The notes under the pieces: generated by a model | Seen by the model: only the letters and a program-made list of their open reading frames with translations | Databases searched by the model: none | What the model was told of the DNA's origin: nothing | In this document: in pieces, positions 28,370 to 36,622 of the stretch | How positions within the stretch are numbered: position 1 is the stretch's first letter | Layout: every line of letters starts with the position of its first letter | Translations under genes and position numbers: made by a program | NCBI GenBank assembly: GCA_963801185.1 | Contig: CAWDDW010000003.1 | Coordinates: forward strand, 1,788,353 to 1,852,352 | Reading direction: 5' to 3' | DNA length: 64,000 bases | From: an uncultured Acidimicrobiaceae bacterium | Lineage (GTDB): Bacteria; Actinomycetota; Acidimicrobiia; Acidimicrobiales; Bog-793

Positions 28370-29493
28370 GCCAGCTGCCCGCCCGCGACCTCGACTCGCT
28401 CGGCATCGCCCCGGAGCCGAAGAAACTCGAGGTGGGCAAAGGTCTCGCTCTCTGCCATCATCCCCCAGAGCGGCTTTCTGAAGAGTTGCTGCGAGAGCTC
28501 GACGACAGTCGCCTGACCGGCCGAGCGCCCGATCTCTCGCAAGGAGGCCAGCCGCTCGTCGTGATGATCGACGATCTGCCGCACCCGCTCCTCGAGGGCA
28601 GGGAAGGGATGACCGTGGGCGGGGAGTACGTTCGTCACGGGTCCGAGTGTCAACAACAGGGCCAACGACTCGAGAAACGAGCCCAGCGGATCCCGCAAGG
28701 GCGACAACCCACCTACGTGCGGCGTGATCGTCGGCAGCACGTGGTCGCCGGAGATCAACAGCCCCTCGGAGGGGTCGTAGAGGCAGAGGTGGTCGCCGGT
28801 GTGGCCGGGGGTGTGGACTGCCCTCCACTCGCGGCCCGCGAGGACAAGCGTGTCGCCGTCGTCGACTCGCCTGGTCGGGATCGGTGGTCGGAGGGCCGGC
28901 ACGAGGCCGCGGGTCGCCAGGCGCCTGAGCGCCTTCTGGCGGCGGCTAGTCGGGAAGGGGGTCCCGCCCCAGGGGGTGCGACGGGCCCTCATCAGGGCGA
29001 AGTAGCCCGTGTCGTCTTCTTCTGCCTCGCCGGCTGCGTCGCCGGCTGCGTCGCCGGCTGCGTCGCCGGCTGCGTCGCCGGCTGCATCGGCATGAGAGTG
29101 CGAGTGCGAATGCGAATGCGGCTGCGAGCGTTCGAACCAGGTGTGGAAACGTCGCTCGGCGACGAGCTCCGCATCGGCTGCGTGAGCGAGCCGGCCGGCC
29201 GAACCGAAGTGGTCAGGATGGGAGTGGGTGATGAGGACGGTATGGACATCGGACAGTTTGAGGCCCGCGTCCTTCAGGCGGGTGCGCAACGCTGACCAGG
29301 TCTCTTTGCCCGGAAGACCGGCGTCGACGATGGCGGCGCCCTTGGCGTCGATGAGGGCGTAGGAGTTGACGTGGCCGAGACCGGTGAAGTTGATCGGGAT
29401 CTGCAGGCGCAGGACGTTGTGGGCGACCTCGGTTATCTCGGCGGACGCCGGCTCTTGCTCCTGCTTTCGAGGCCGGCCGGGGGCACCGCTCAC
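28309..29493 (-). CDS. MBL-fold metallo-hydrolase with C-terminal winged-helix-like region
   Basis: THSHPDHFG, HTPGHTGDH, SGDHVL, LPAHG; GTG start overlaps the orn stop. Confidence 0.88.
   Translation of the reverse strand: MSGAPGRPRKQEQEPASAEITEVAHNVLRLQIPINFTGLGHVNSYALIDAKGAAIVDAGLPGKETWSALRTRLKDAGLKLSDVHTVLITHSHPDHFGSAGRLAHAADAELVAERRFHTWFERSQPHSHSHSHSHADAAGDAAGDAAGDAAGDAAGEAEEDDTGYFALMRARRTPWGGTPFPTSRRQKALRRLATRGLVPALRPPIPTRRVDDGDTLVLAGREWRAVHTPGHTGDHLCLYDPSEGLLISGDHVLPTITPHVGGLSPLRDPLGSFLESLALLLTLGPVTNVLPAHGHPFPALEERVRQIVDHHDERLASLREIGRSAGQATVVELSQQLFRKPLWGMMAESETFAHLEFLRLRGDAERVEVAGGQLAYRVDPGGTSSAREAAFGKG
29027..29086. repeat. 12-bp tandem repeat x5 (encodes AAGD) inside the MBL gene
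   Basis: (TCGCCGGCTGCG)4 plus TCGCCGGCTGCA, next to a (SH)n tract. Confidence 0.9.
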
Positions 29494-30059
29494 TCGGCGG
29501 CCTTGCTCGGGGTGCCCGGCTCGCTTGGTTGGGGACGGAGGAAGTTCTGCTTGTAGAAGGCCAGCTCGGCGACGCTCTCCCGGATGTCGTCGAGGGCTCG
29601 GTGAGCGGTGAGCTTGTGGGGCCGGGAGGAGTACACCTTGGGGTTCCATCGCTTGCAGAGCTCTTTCATCGTCGACACGTCGATGCTGCGGTAGTGGAAG
29701 TGCTCGTCGAGCTCGGGGATGTAGTGCCGCAAGAAACGCCGGTCCATCGCGATCGAATTCCCGCACAGCGGGGTCTCTCCGGCCGGTACGTGCTGCCGGA
29801 CGAAGTCGAGGGTGGCCTGGCCTGCCGCCTCGATGGTCACGGCCGACTGCTGGATCAACGGGAGCAAGCCCGAGCTGGTGTGCATGCGCCGGACGACTTC
29901 GTCCATGTCAGCCAGCTGCTCTTCGGTCGCGTGGACGACGAGATCGGGACCTTCGGCCACGACGGCGAGATCGTCGTCCGTCACGAGGGTGGCCATCTCG
30001 ACGATCACGTTGCGGTCCGGGTCGAGGCCGGTCATCTCAAGATCCATCCATACGAGCAC
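29490..30059 (-). CDS. orn: Oligoribonuclease
   Basis: LVWMDLEMTGL, MHTSSGL, PLCGNSI, DRRFL, HYRSIDVST, HRALDDIRES. Confidence 0.97.
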   Translation of the reverse strand: MLVWMDLEMTGLDPDRNVIVEMATLVTDDDLAVVAEGPDLVVHATEEQLADMDEVVRRMHTSSGLLPLIQQSAVTIEAAGQATLDFVRQHVPAGETPLCGNSIAMDRRFLRHYIPELDEHFHYRSIDVSTMKELCKRWNPKVYSSRPHKLTAHRALDDIRESVAELAFYKQNFLRPQPSEPGTPSKAAE

Positions 30060-30065
30060 GGGCGG

Positions 30066-30090
30066 ATCGTAACGATCCCTCAACTACGGT
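30066..30090. promoter_or_regulatory. Back-to-back -10 boxes for leaderless orn and dut
   Basis: Minus-strand TACGAT (30066-30071) 6 nt before the orn GTG; plus-strand TACGGT (30085-30090) 7 nt before the dut GTG. Confidence 0.55.
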
Positions 30091-30097
30091 GCGAGAC

Positions 30098-30538
30098 GTG
30101 GCCGAGATCCCTGTCGTCCGACTAGACCTCGACATGCCGCTGCCGGAGCCTGCGCGTGAGGGCGATGCCGGCATCGACCTGCGGTCGCGCATCGACGTCC
30201 TGCTCCCGCCGGCGGGCGGCCGGGCAGTTGTCCCGACCGGTCTTGCCATACAGCTGCCACCAGGTTCGGCGGGCCTCGTCCTGCCCCGGAGCGGACTGGC
30301 GCTCCGGCACGGGGTCACCTGCCTCAACACCCCTGGGCTGATCGACGCTGGCTACCGCGGCGAGGTGTCGGTCATACTGGTGAACACAGATCCGGCCGCT
30401 GCGTTCCAGGTCGAGCGAGGGGACCGGATCGCCCAGCTCGTGGTCGTCGACGTGATGGCGGTCAGTCTGGTTGCGGTTCCCGAGCTCACTGCTAGCGAGC
30501 GCGGAGACGGAGGATTCGGGCATACCGGCCGGAGGTGA
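30098..30538 (+). CDS. dut: dUTP diphosphatase
   Basis: GDAGIDL, PRSGLA, PGLIDAGYRGE, GDRIAQL, RGDGGFGHTG. Confidence 0.97.
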   Translation: MAEIPVVRLDLDMPLPEPAREGDAGIDLRSRIDVLLPPAGGRAVVPTGLAIQLPPGSAGLVLPRSGLALRHGVTCLNTPGLIDAGYRGEVSVILVNTDPAAAFQVERGDRIAQLVVVDVMAVSLVAVPELTASERGDGGFGHTGRR

Positions 30539-30588
30539 GGGGCTCTCATCACCCGTGAGCTTTCAGCACTCCCGAGGAGAGGACAGCG

Positions 30589-32088
30589 ATGCAGCGACTG
30601 AGCGGACTTGATGCGATGTTCTTCTACCTCGAGACGCCGAGCTCGCACATGCACGTGACTGGCGTCTACGTCATGGAGCCGGGTGACCGGGCCACCTCGT
30701 TCCAGGCCATCCGTTCAATGGTCGAGGAACGGTTGCCGTTGGCGGCTCCGTTTCGCCGGAGGCTCGTCGAGGTGCCTCTCAAGCTGTCACACCCCTTGTG
30801 GATCGAGGACCCGGACTTCGACCTCGACTATCACGTGCGGCGTGCGGCCCTGCCCGCGCCCGGAGGCGTGCGGGAGCTCGAGGAGTTCGTCGCGCAGGTC
30901 GTAGGCCTGCCCCTCGATCGGTCGCGGCCGCTCTGGGAGATGTACTACGTAGAAGGGCTCGAGGGCGGCAGGGTCGCCGTCGTGACCAAGATGCACCACG
31001 CGGCGATTGACGGCGTCTCGGGCGCCGAGATCGCGGCCACCTGGCTCGACCTCGAGGCCAACCCGCCCGACCGCCTCATCGTCGACCCCTGGCGGCCGGA
31101 GCCCATCCCGACCGACGGGGAGCTCATGGCGTTCGCCATGGCGTCGCTCGTCGGCCACCCGCTCAAGGCCGTCAAGACGGCGCGCCGCGTGCTCGAGTCC
31201 ACCCTGCACGTGACCGAGCGCAACCGTGAGCCCGGGATGCAGCCGCCCCCCTCACCGTTCTCGGCGCCGAAGACGTCGCTCAACCAGTCGATCACCCCGC
31301 ACCGGCGGGTGGCGTTCTCCGAGCGCTCCCTCGAGGACTTCAAGGCGGTGAAGAACCACTTCGGCTGCACCGTGAACGACGTGGTGCTCGCAGTGTGCGC
31401 CGGTGCGTTGCGCCGGTACCTGCTGGAAGGCGGTGAGCTGCCCGACGAGCCGATGGTCGCGATGGTCCCCATGTCCGTGCGGACCGAGGAGGACCGGGGC
31501 ACCCACGGCAATCGCATCTCGGCGATGCTGAGCTCGCTCGCCACCGACGTGGAAGACCCGATCGAGCGACTGAAGGCGATCTCGGAGGGCATGCGCTCGG
31601 CCAAGGAGCAAGAGCAGCTGATCGGCGCCGCGACGCTGACCGACTGGACCGAGTTCACGTTCCCGGCCCTCGTCGGGCGAGCGTCCCGCCTGATCTCCTC
31701 GACACGAGTCTTCGATCGGGTACGTCCGGTCTTCAACGTCACGATCTCGAACGTGCCGGGTCCTCCGTTCCCGCTGTTCCTCGGAGGCGCGCGCATGGTC
31801 GGGTTCTACCCGCTCGGGCCGATCGCTGAAGGTGTCGGGCTCAACATGACGGTGATGAGCTATTGCGGGATCGTCTACTTCGGCCTCAACGGGTGCCGGG
31901 AGACCGTGTCGCGCATGGGCGACCTGCCCGGCATGATCAACGAGTCGCTGGACGAGCTCCTTGCAGTGGCACGGCCACCGCGGCGCAAGCGCCGGCCTGG
32001 GTCGCCTGAAGCGACCCCTGCTGCTGGCGCTGATGGCGACGCCGGCTCTCTCGCCGGCGGCGACGCCGGCCTGGAGGAGACCGGCTGA
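30589..32088 (+). CDS. Wax ester synthase/diacylglycerol acyltransferase (WS/DGAT)
   Basis: MQRLSGLDAMF, KMHHAAIDGVSG (HHxxxDG), TVNDVVLA, ISNVPGP. Confidence 0.95.
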   Translation: MQRLSGLDAMFFYLETPSSHMHVTGVYVMEPGDRATSFQAIRSMVEERLPLAAPFRRRLVEVPLKLSHPLWIEDPDFDLDYHVRRAALPAPGGVRELEEFVAQVVGLPLDRSRPLWEMYYVEGLEGGRVAVVTKMHHAAIDGVSGAEIAATWLDLEANPPDRLIVDPWRPEPIPTDGELMAFAMASLVGHPLKAVKTARRVLESTLHVTERNREPGMQPPPSPFSAPKTSLNQSITPHRRVAFSERSLEDFKAVKNHFGCTVNDVVLAVCAGALRRYLLEGGELPDEPMVAMVPMSVRTEEDRGTHGNRISAMLSSLATDVEDPIERLKAISEGMRSAKEQEQLIGAATLTDWTEFTFPALVGRASRLISSTRVFDRVRPVFNVTISNVPGPPFPLFLGGARMVGFYPLGPIAEGVGLNMTVMSYCGIVYFGLNGCRETVSRMGDLPGMINESLDELLAVARPPRRKRRPGSPEATPAAGADGDAGSLAGGDAGLEETG

Positions 32089-32294
32089 AGCCTTGCCGCG
32101 GCGGTTTGGAAGTCGGGGGCGGCCCTCGGTCGCGCACGCGGCGCGCCTTGGGTGCCGTGCGGGCATGTTTCGCGCGACGGGCGCAACGCGTTTTGCCACG
32201 AGTCGGGTGAGGGCACGAAGGCGGCATGGGCGCACTCGCGCCACGCCGTGAAGACCCAGACGAGGCTTTACGCCCCCAGCACGATCGCCTAGCA

Positions 32295-32313
32295 TTGACT
32301 GTATGGTCAGTCA
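32295..32313. promoter_or_regulatory. Putative TetR operator overlapping the Rieske gene start
   Basis: TTGACTGTATGGTCAGTCA, imperfect palindrome matching the sites at 34743 and 53099; -10-like TAGCAT at 32290-32295. Confidence 0.65.
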
Positions 32314-33541
32314 GTTACCCGATCAGTCACCCGATCAGTCACCCGGGCAGTCACCCGAGCGTGCACCTCTCGACCCTGCTGAGCTCGAGAAGTCCCTGCG
32401 CCCCTTTGGGCAGAGCCGCATGTTGCCCCGCGACGCCTACACGAGCGAGGCCGTATTCGAGTGGGAGCAGCGCAACTTCTTCGAGGCCGGTTGGATCTGC
32501 CTCGGCCGCAGCAGCATCGTCGCGGACGCGGGCGATCAAAGGGCGGAGGCTTTGGGGCGCGGGAGCGTGTTGCTCATGCGAGCGAAGGACGGTACGGCGA
32601 GGGCGTTCGCCAACGCCTGCCGCCACCGCGGCCACGAGCTCCTGCCGTGTGGCGAGACGGTGAACCGACCGATCGTGCTCTGCCCCTACCACGCATGGTC
32701 GTACCGGCTCGACGGGCGGCTCCGGAAGGCGCCGGGCTTCGACAGGCGCGATCACTTCGACCCGCTCGAGAACGGCCTCGTCGAGCTGCCGTGCGTGGAG
32801 TGGCACGGTCTGTTGTTCGTGGACGGCTCCGGGGCGGCCGGGCCGTTCGAGGACCACGTCGCCGGGCTCGAGGACGTCGTCGGCCCCTACGAGCTCGAGC
32901 GGCTCGTCACGGCGGGCCGCCACGACTACGTCGTGTCATCCAACTGGAAGATCCTGACCGAGAACTACCAGGAGTGCTACCACTGCCCGGTCATCCACCC
33001 GGAGCTCTGCGCCGCCAGCCCGCCGAAGAGCGGTGACAACTACGATCATCCCTCCGAAGGCAAGTGGGTCGGAGGATGGATGGACATCCGGGACGACTTC
33101 GCCACGATGTCGCTCGACGGCTCGACGTCCGGCACGCCCCTGCGGGCGCTCGACCCTCACAGGCGCCGCATCGTCGACTACATCGGCCTGTTCCCGAACG
33201 TGCTCATCAGCCTTCACCCCGATTACGTGATGACCCACGTGATCACCCCGCTCGGGGCGGACCGGACGCGTATCGTCTGCGAGTGGCACTTCTCGCCTGA
33301 GGACGTGGCACGGGAGGACTTCAGCCCGGCGTTCGCAGTCGACTTCTGGGACATCACCAACCGCCAGGACTGGCTCGCCTGCGAGTCGGTGCAGCGCGGA
33401 CTCTCGAACCCTCACGCCATCCCCGGCCCGCTGTCGGCCGAGGAGGATGGCGTGTACCAGTTCGTGACGATGGTCGCCCGGGGTTACTCGGGCCTGGCGC
33501 TCAAGCCGGCGGGAGTGGCCGCGGCTACACGAGCGCGCTGA
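32303..33541 (+). CDS. Rieske non-heme iron oxygenase alpha subunit (quaternary-amine N-demethylase-like group)
   Basis: CRHRG...CPYH Rieske ligands; NWKILTENYQECYHCPVIHPE; QDWLACESVQRGL. Confidence 0.9.
   Translation: MVSQLPDQSPDQSPGQSPERAPLDPAELEKSLRPFGQSRMLPRDAYTSEAVFEWEQRNFFEAGWICLGRSSIVADAGDQRAEALGRGSVLLMRAKDGTARAFANACRHRGHELLPCGETVNRPIVLCPYHAWSYRLDGRLRKAPGFDRRDHFDPLENGLVELPCVEWHGLLFVDGSGAAGPFEDHVAGLEDVVGPYELERLVTAGRHDYVVSSNWKILTENYQECYHCPVIHPELCAASPPKSGDNYDHPSEGKWVGGWMDIRDDFATMSLDGSTSGTPLRALDPHRRRIVDYIGLFPNVLISLHPDYVMTHVITPLGADRTRIVCEWHFSPEDVAREDFSPAFAVDFWDITNRQDWLACESVQRGLSNPHAIPGPLSAEEDGVYQFVTMVARGYSGLALKPAGVAAATRAR
32312..32359. repeat. 12-bp tandem repeat x4 at the Rieske N-terminus
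   Basis: CAGTTACCCGAT CAGTCACCCGAT CAGTCACCCGGG CAGTCACCCGAG. Confidence 0.85.
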
Positions 33542-34690
33542 CGCCGCGTTTCGCCAGCTGTGCGGCGATGATCACCCGTTGGATCTCGCTCGTCCCCTCC
33601 CAGATCCGCTCGACCCGCAACTCACGGAAGTAACGCTCCGCCACGTTCTCGCGCATGTAACCCCTCCCACCGAAGATCTGAACCGCACGGTCGGCCACCC
33701 GGTTCGCCATCTCGGACGAGTAGAGCTTCACCATCGACGCCTGCGCATGCTGCACCTTCTTGTCCCTGCCCTCGTCGACGCCCCGCGCCGCCTCGTAGAC
33801 CATGGACCGGGCGGCGAACAGCTCGGTGACACTGTCGGCCAGCATCGCCTGGACGAGCTGGTACACGATGATCGGCTGGCCGTACACCACTCTCTCGGAG
33901 GCGAAGCGGGTGGCCTCGTCGATCAACCGCTCCGCCGCCCCGAGGCATCTTGCCGCCACCATGAACCGCTCGAAACGGAACCACTCGTACGCGAACCCCA
34001 TGCCGCCACCCTCGTCCCCGATGAGATGGGAGGCCGGCACCCGGACGCCTTCGAACGCGACTATCGGGTGGTGATGGGCGATGGTGTGCGAGTAGGCGGG
34101 CGTGCGGACGACCCGGACACCGGGCGACGGGAGGTCCACCACGAACATCGCGTGCTCGCCGGCATGAGGCCCGGCGGTGAGCCGGCCCTGGAAGAGGGCG
34201 TAGGTTGCCTCGTTGTACGAGGTCACGTGCCACTTGACTCCGTCGAGCACGTAGTAGTCGCCATCCCTGCGAGCAGTAGAGGTGATCGCGTCGACGTCCG
34301 AGCCGGCGTTCTCCTCGGTGATCGCGTAGCACTCCGAGGCCTCGCCGTCGATGGTGGGGACGATCCAGCGCTCCATCTGGTACTCCGTCGCGACCTCCGG
34401 CCACCACTGGGGAGGTGTCGAGAGCATCCAACTGAGGGCGTTGGTCGCGCGGCCGACCTGCTCTTGCACGAGCACCTGCTGGAACATCGAATACCCTCCA
34501 CCGCCGAGGGAAGCCGGCATGTTCGTCGCGAGGAGCCCTTCGGCTTTCGCCCGTCGCTTCATGGCGGGCGCGACGTCGGGCGGAGCTCTCCTTCATCGAG
34601 CTCGGCGTTGGCCTCGTAGGGGATCAGGTCGTTCACGAACGCCCGCGCCCGCGCCCTTATCTCCAGATCTTCCGGCGTCATCTGGTACAT
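33525..34690 (-). CDS. Acyl-CoA dehydrogenase, about 388 aa; frameshift near 34585
   Basis: MYQMTPEDLEIRARARAFVNDLIPYE joins PPDVAPAMKRRA; YAITEENAGSD, IFGGRGY, RIWEGTSEIQ. Confidence 0.9.
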
Positions 34691-34742
34691 GCGATCTCCT
34701 CAAGGGAAGCGCCACGGTGTGCCGGCGCGGGTGGGGGACGGG

Positions 34743-34759
34743 TTGACTGACTGTTCAGT
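34743..34759. promoter_or_regulatory. Putative TetR operator between divergent ACAD and FAD-oxidoreductase genes
   Basis: TTGACTGACTGTTCAGT, exact 17-bp copy of 53099-53115; TTGACT-N17-CAGGGT also fits a -35/-10 for the GTG at 34778. Confidence 0.75.
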
Positions 34760-34777
34760 TTATGCCAGGGTTCAGCT

Positions 34778-36010
34778 GTGCGCACGAGTTCTCGCGCGGC
34801 TGACGCCGTGGTGGTGGGTGGTGGGACGATAGGCGGCTGGTGCGCGTGGTTCTTGCGGCGAGCCGGCCTCGAACGTGTTGTCGTGGTCGAGCGGTCGACG
34901 CTCGGGCGGGGAGCAAGCAGCCGGGCTTCGGGGATGGTGCGATGCCAGGGCGGCACCCCTTGGACCGTCAAGCTCGGGATGTGGAGCCGGGACTTCTATG
35001 TGTCGCAGCCCGACGTGGTCGGGGTGGACTCCGGGTTTGTCGCACAGGGCTACCTCATGCCGGCGCTTTCGGAGATGCAGGTCGCTCACGGGCTTGCCCG
35101 GGTCGCGATGCGGCGCGAGCTCGGGCTCGATGTGACCTGGCTCAGCCCCGCCGAGGCTGACGAGCGCCACCCTGCGATGGCCCGGGGCACTCATCTAGGC
35201 GGTTCGTACGCGCCCGGCGACGGGTACATCGATCCCCCGCGCAACGTGCTGGCGTACGCGACCGCACTCGTCCGGGACGGCGTCGAGTTGCGTGAGCGCA
35301 CGGAGTTCCGCGGCTTGTGCATGGCGGCCGACGGAGCGTCGGTGACGGGCGTCGACACGTCCTCGGGCGTCATCTCGACCGGACGTGTAGTCCTCACGGG
35401 TGGCCCGGAGCTGGCTGAGGTCGGCGCTCTGGCCGGGATCCGTGTCGCCGCCGGTGGTACCCGTCACCAGGTCGCTGTCACCGAGCCGCACCCCGAGGTG
35501 GCCCCGGAGCGGCTCGGCATGGTCTTCGACGTGGCCGAAGGCCTCTATTGGCGGCCCGAGGAGGGCGGTGTGTTGTTCGGGATGACCAATCCCGACGAGC
35601 TGCCCGGGCTCGCGCGTGAGGTCGACTGGCCATATCTCACGAAGATGCGCGAGCGGCTGACCGAGCTCGTGCCGATCTCACGCTCGCTCGCGTTGAAGCG
35701 CGTCTGGGCGGCGACCATCGATTACACGCCCGACCACCTGCCGATCGTCGGCCCCGGGTTGCAGGCCGACGGCGCACCGCTCGGCGGGGTTACCGTGGCC
35801 TCGGCGGGCGGTCACGGGATGATGTGGGGCCCTGCGCTCGCCCGCGTGGCCGCCAACCTCGCCCTTGACGGCTCGACCGGCGTGTTGGACGTGAGCGAGC
35901 TCGGGCTCGGGCGTTTCGACGCCGAGGGCCGCAGCCGCCTCGATCCGGATCCGATCGCTCTCCCGGTGCCAGAGGCTCTCTCCGTTCCAGAAAGGACATC
36001 TGTTTCATGA
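34778..36010 (+). CDS. FAD-dependent amine oxidoreductase (sarcosine oxidase beta/DAO family)
   Basis: VVVGGGTIG, GASSRASG, DGYIDP, DYTPDHLPIVG, GGHGMMWGP. Confidence 0.88.
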   Translation: MRTSSRAADAVVVGGGTIGGWCAWFLRRAGLERVVVVERSTLGRGASSRASGMVRCQGGTPWTVKLGMWSRDFYVSQPDVVGVDSGFVAQGYLMPALSEMQVAHGLARVAMRRELGLDVTWLSPAEADERHPAMARGTHLGGSYAPGDGYIDPPRNVLAYATALVRDGVELRERTEFRGLCMAADGASVTGVDTSSGVISTGRVVLTGGPELAEVGALAGIRVAAGGTRHQVAVTEPHPEVAPERLGMVFDVAEGLYWRPEEGGVLFGMTNPDELPGLAREVDWPYLTKMRERLTELVPISRSLALKRVWAATIDYTPDHLPIVGPGLQADGAPLGGVTVASAGGHGMMWGPALARVAANLALDGSTGVLDVSELGLGRFDAEGRSRLDPDPIALPVPEALSVPERTSVS

Positions 36011-36381
36011 CCGACAGTTCAGCCCTTGCCGCCTTCGCGGAGTCCCTCCCGGTACTCCGCGACGCCGCCACCACAACAGAGCTCGACGACTGGGGCCCGC
36101 TCGCCGAGGCGACAGGCGACATGATGTCGACGTCTGGGATCACCTTGTGGGAGGACGGCAACGGAGCCGAGACGGGCATCTGGGAGTGCACTCCTGGACC
36201 TTCGCATTGGAGCCTCGAGACGCACGAGTTCGTCCACGTCTTGTCGGGTTCGATGACCGTCACCGCCGACGGCGGGGATGCCGTTCACCTCGGGCCGGGC
36301 GACACCGTCCTCTTTCCCAAGGGTTGGTCGGGGGTCTGGCAGATCCACGAGACACTCCGGAAGCTGTACGTGATCTTCTAG
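36007..36381 (+). CDS. Cupin (DUF861/EutQ-like)
   Basis: TGIWECTPG, EFVHVLSG, FPKGWSGVW...RKLYV; ATGA overlap. Confidence 0.88.
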   Translation: MTDSSALAAFAESLPVLRDAATTTELDDWGPLAEATGDMMSTSGITLWEDGNGAETGIWECTPGPSHWSLETHEFVHVLSGSMTVTADGGDAVHLGPGDTVLFPKGWSGVWQIHETLRKLYVIF

Positions 36382-36622
36382 GAGTCGTTGCTGGCAGGCA
36401 CCGCCGCGTCGATAACGGCGTCCCACGCTCCGCCTCTGTAAACCGGGCAAGCAGCACTCGACCAGTCCATCCGAGTTGATGGCATTGGCTAGGCCGGTGC
36501 CGGCGAGACGCGCAGAGGGAGCCGCAGATGGACAGCACCGTAATCAGAATTTCAAGATTCGCCCCTTGATTTCGTGGGCGATTGGACCTATACAAGGCCC
36601 CAAAGCGGAAAGGGGGGCTGTC

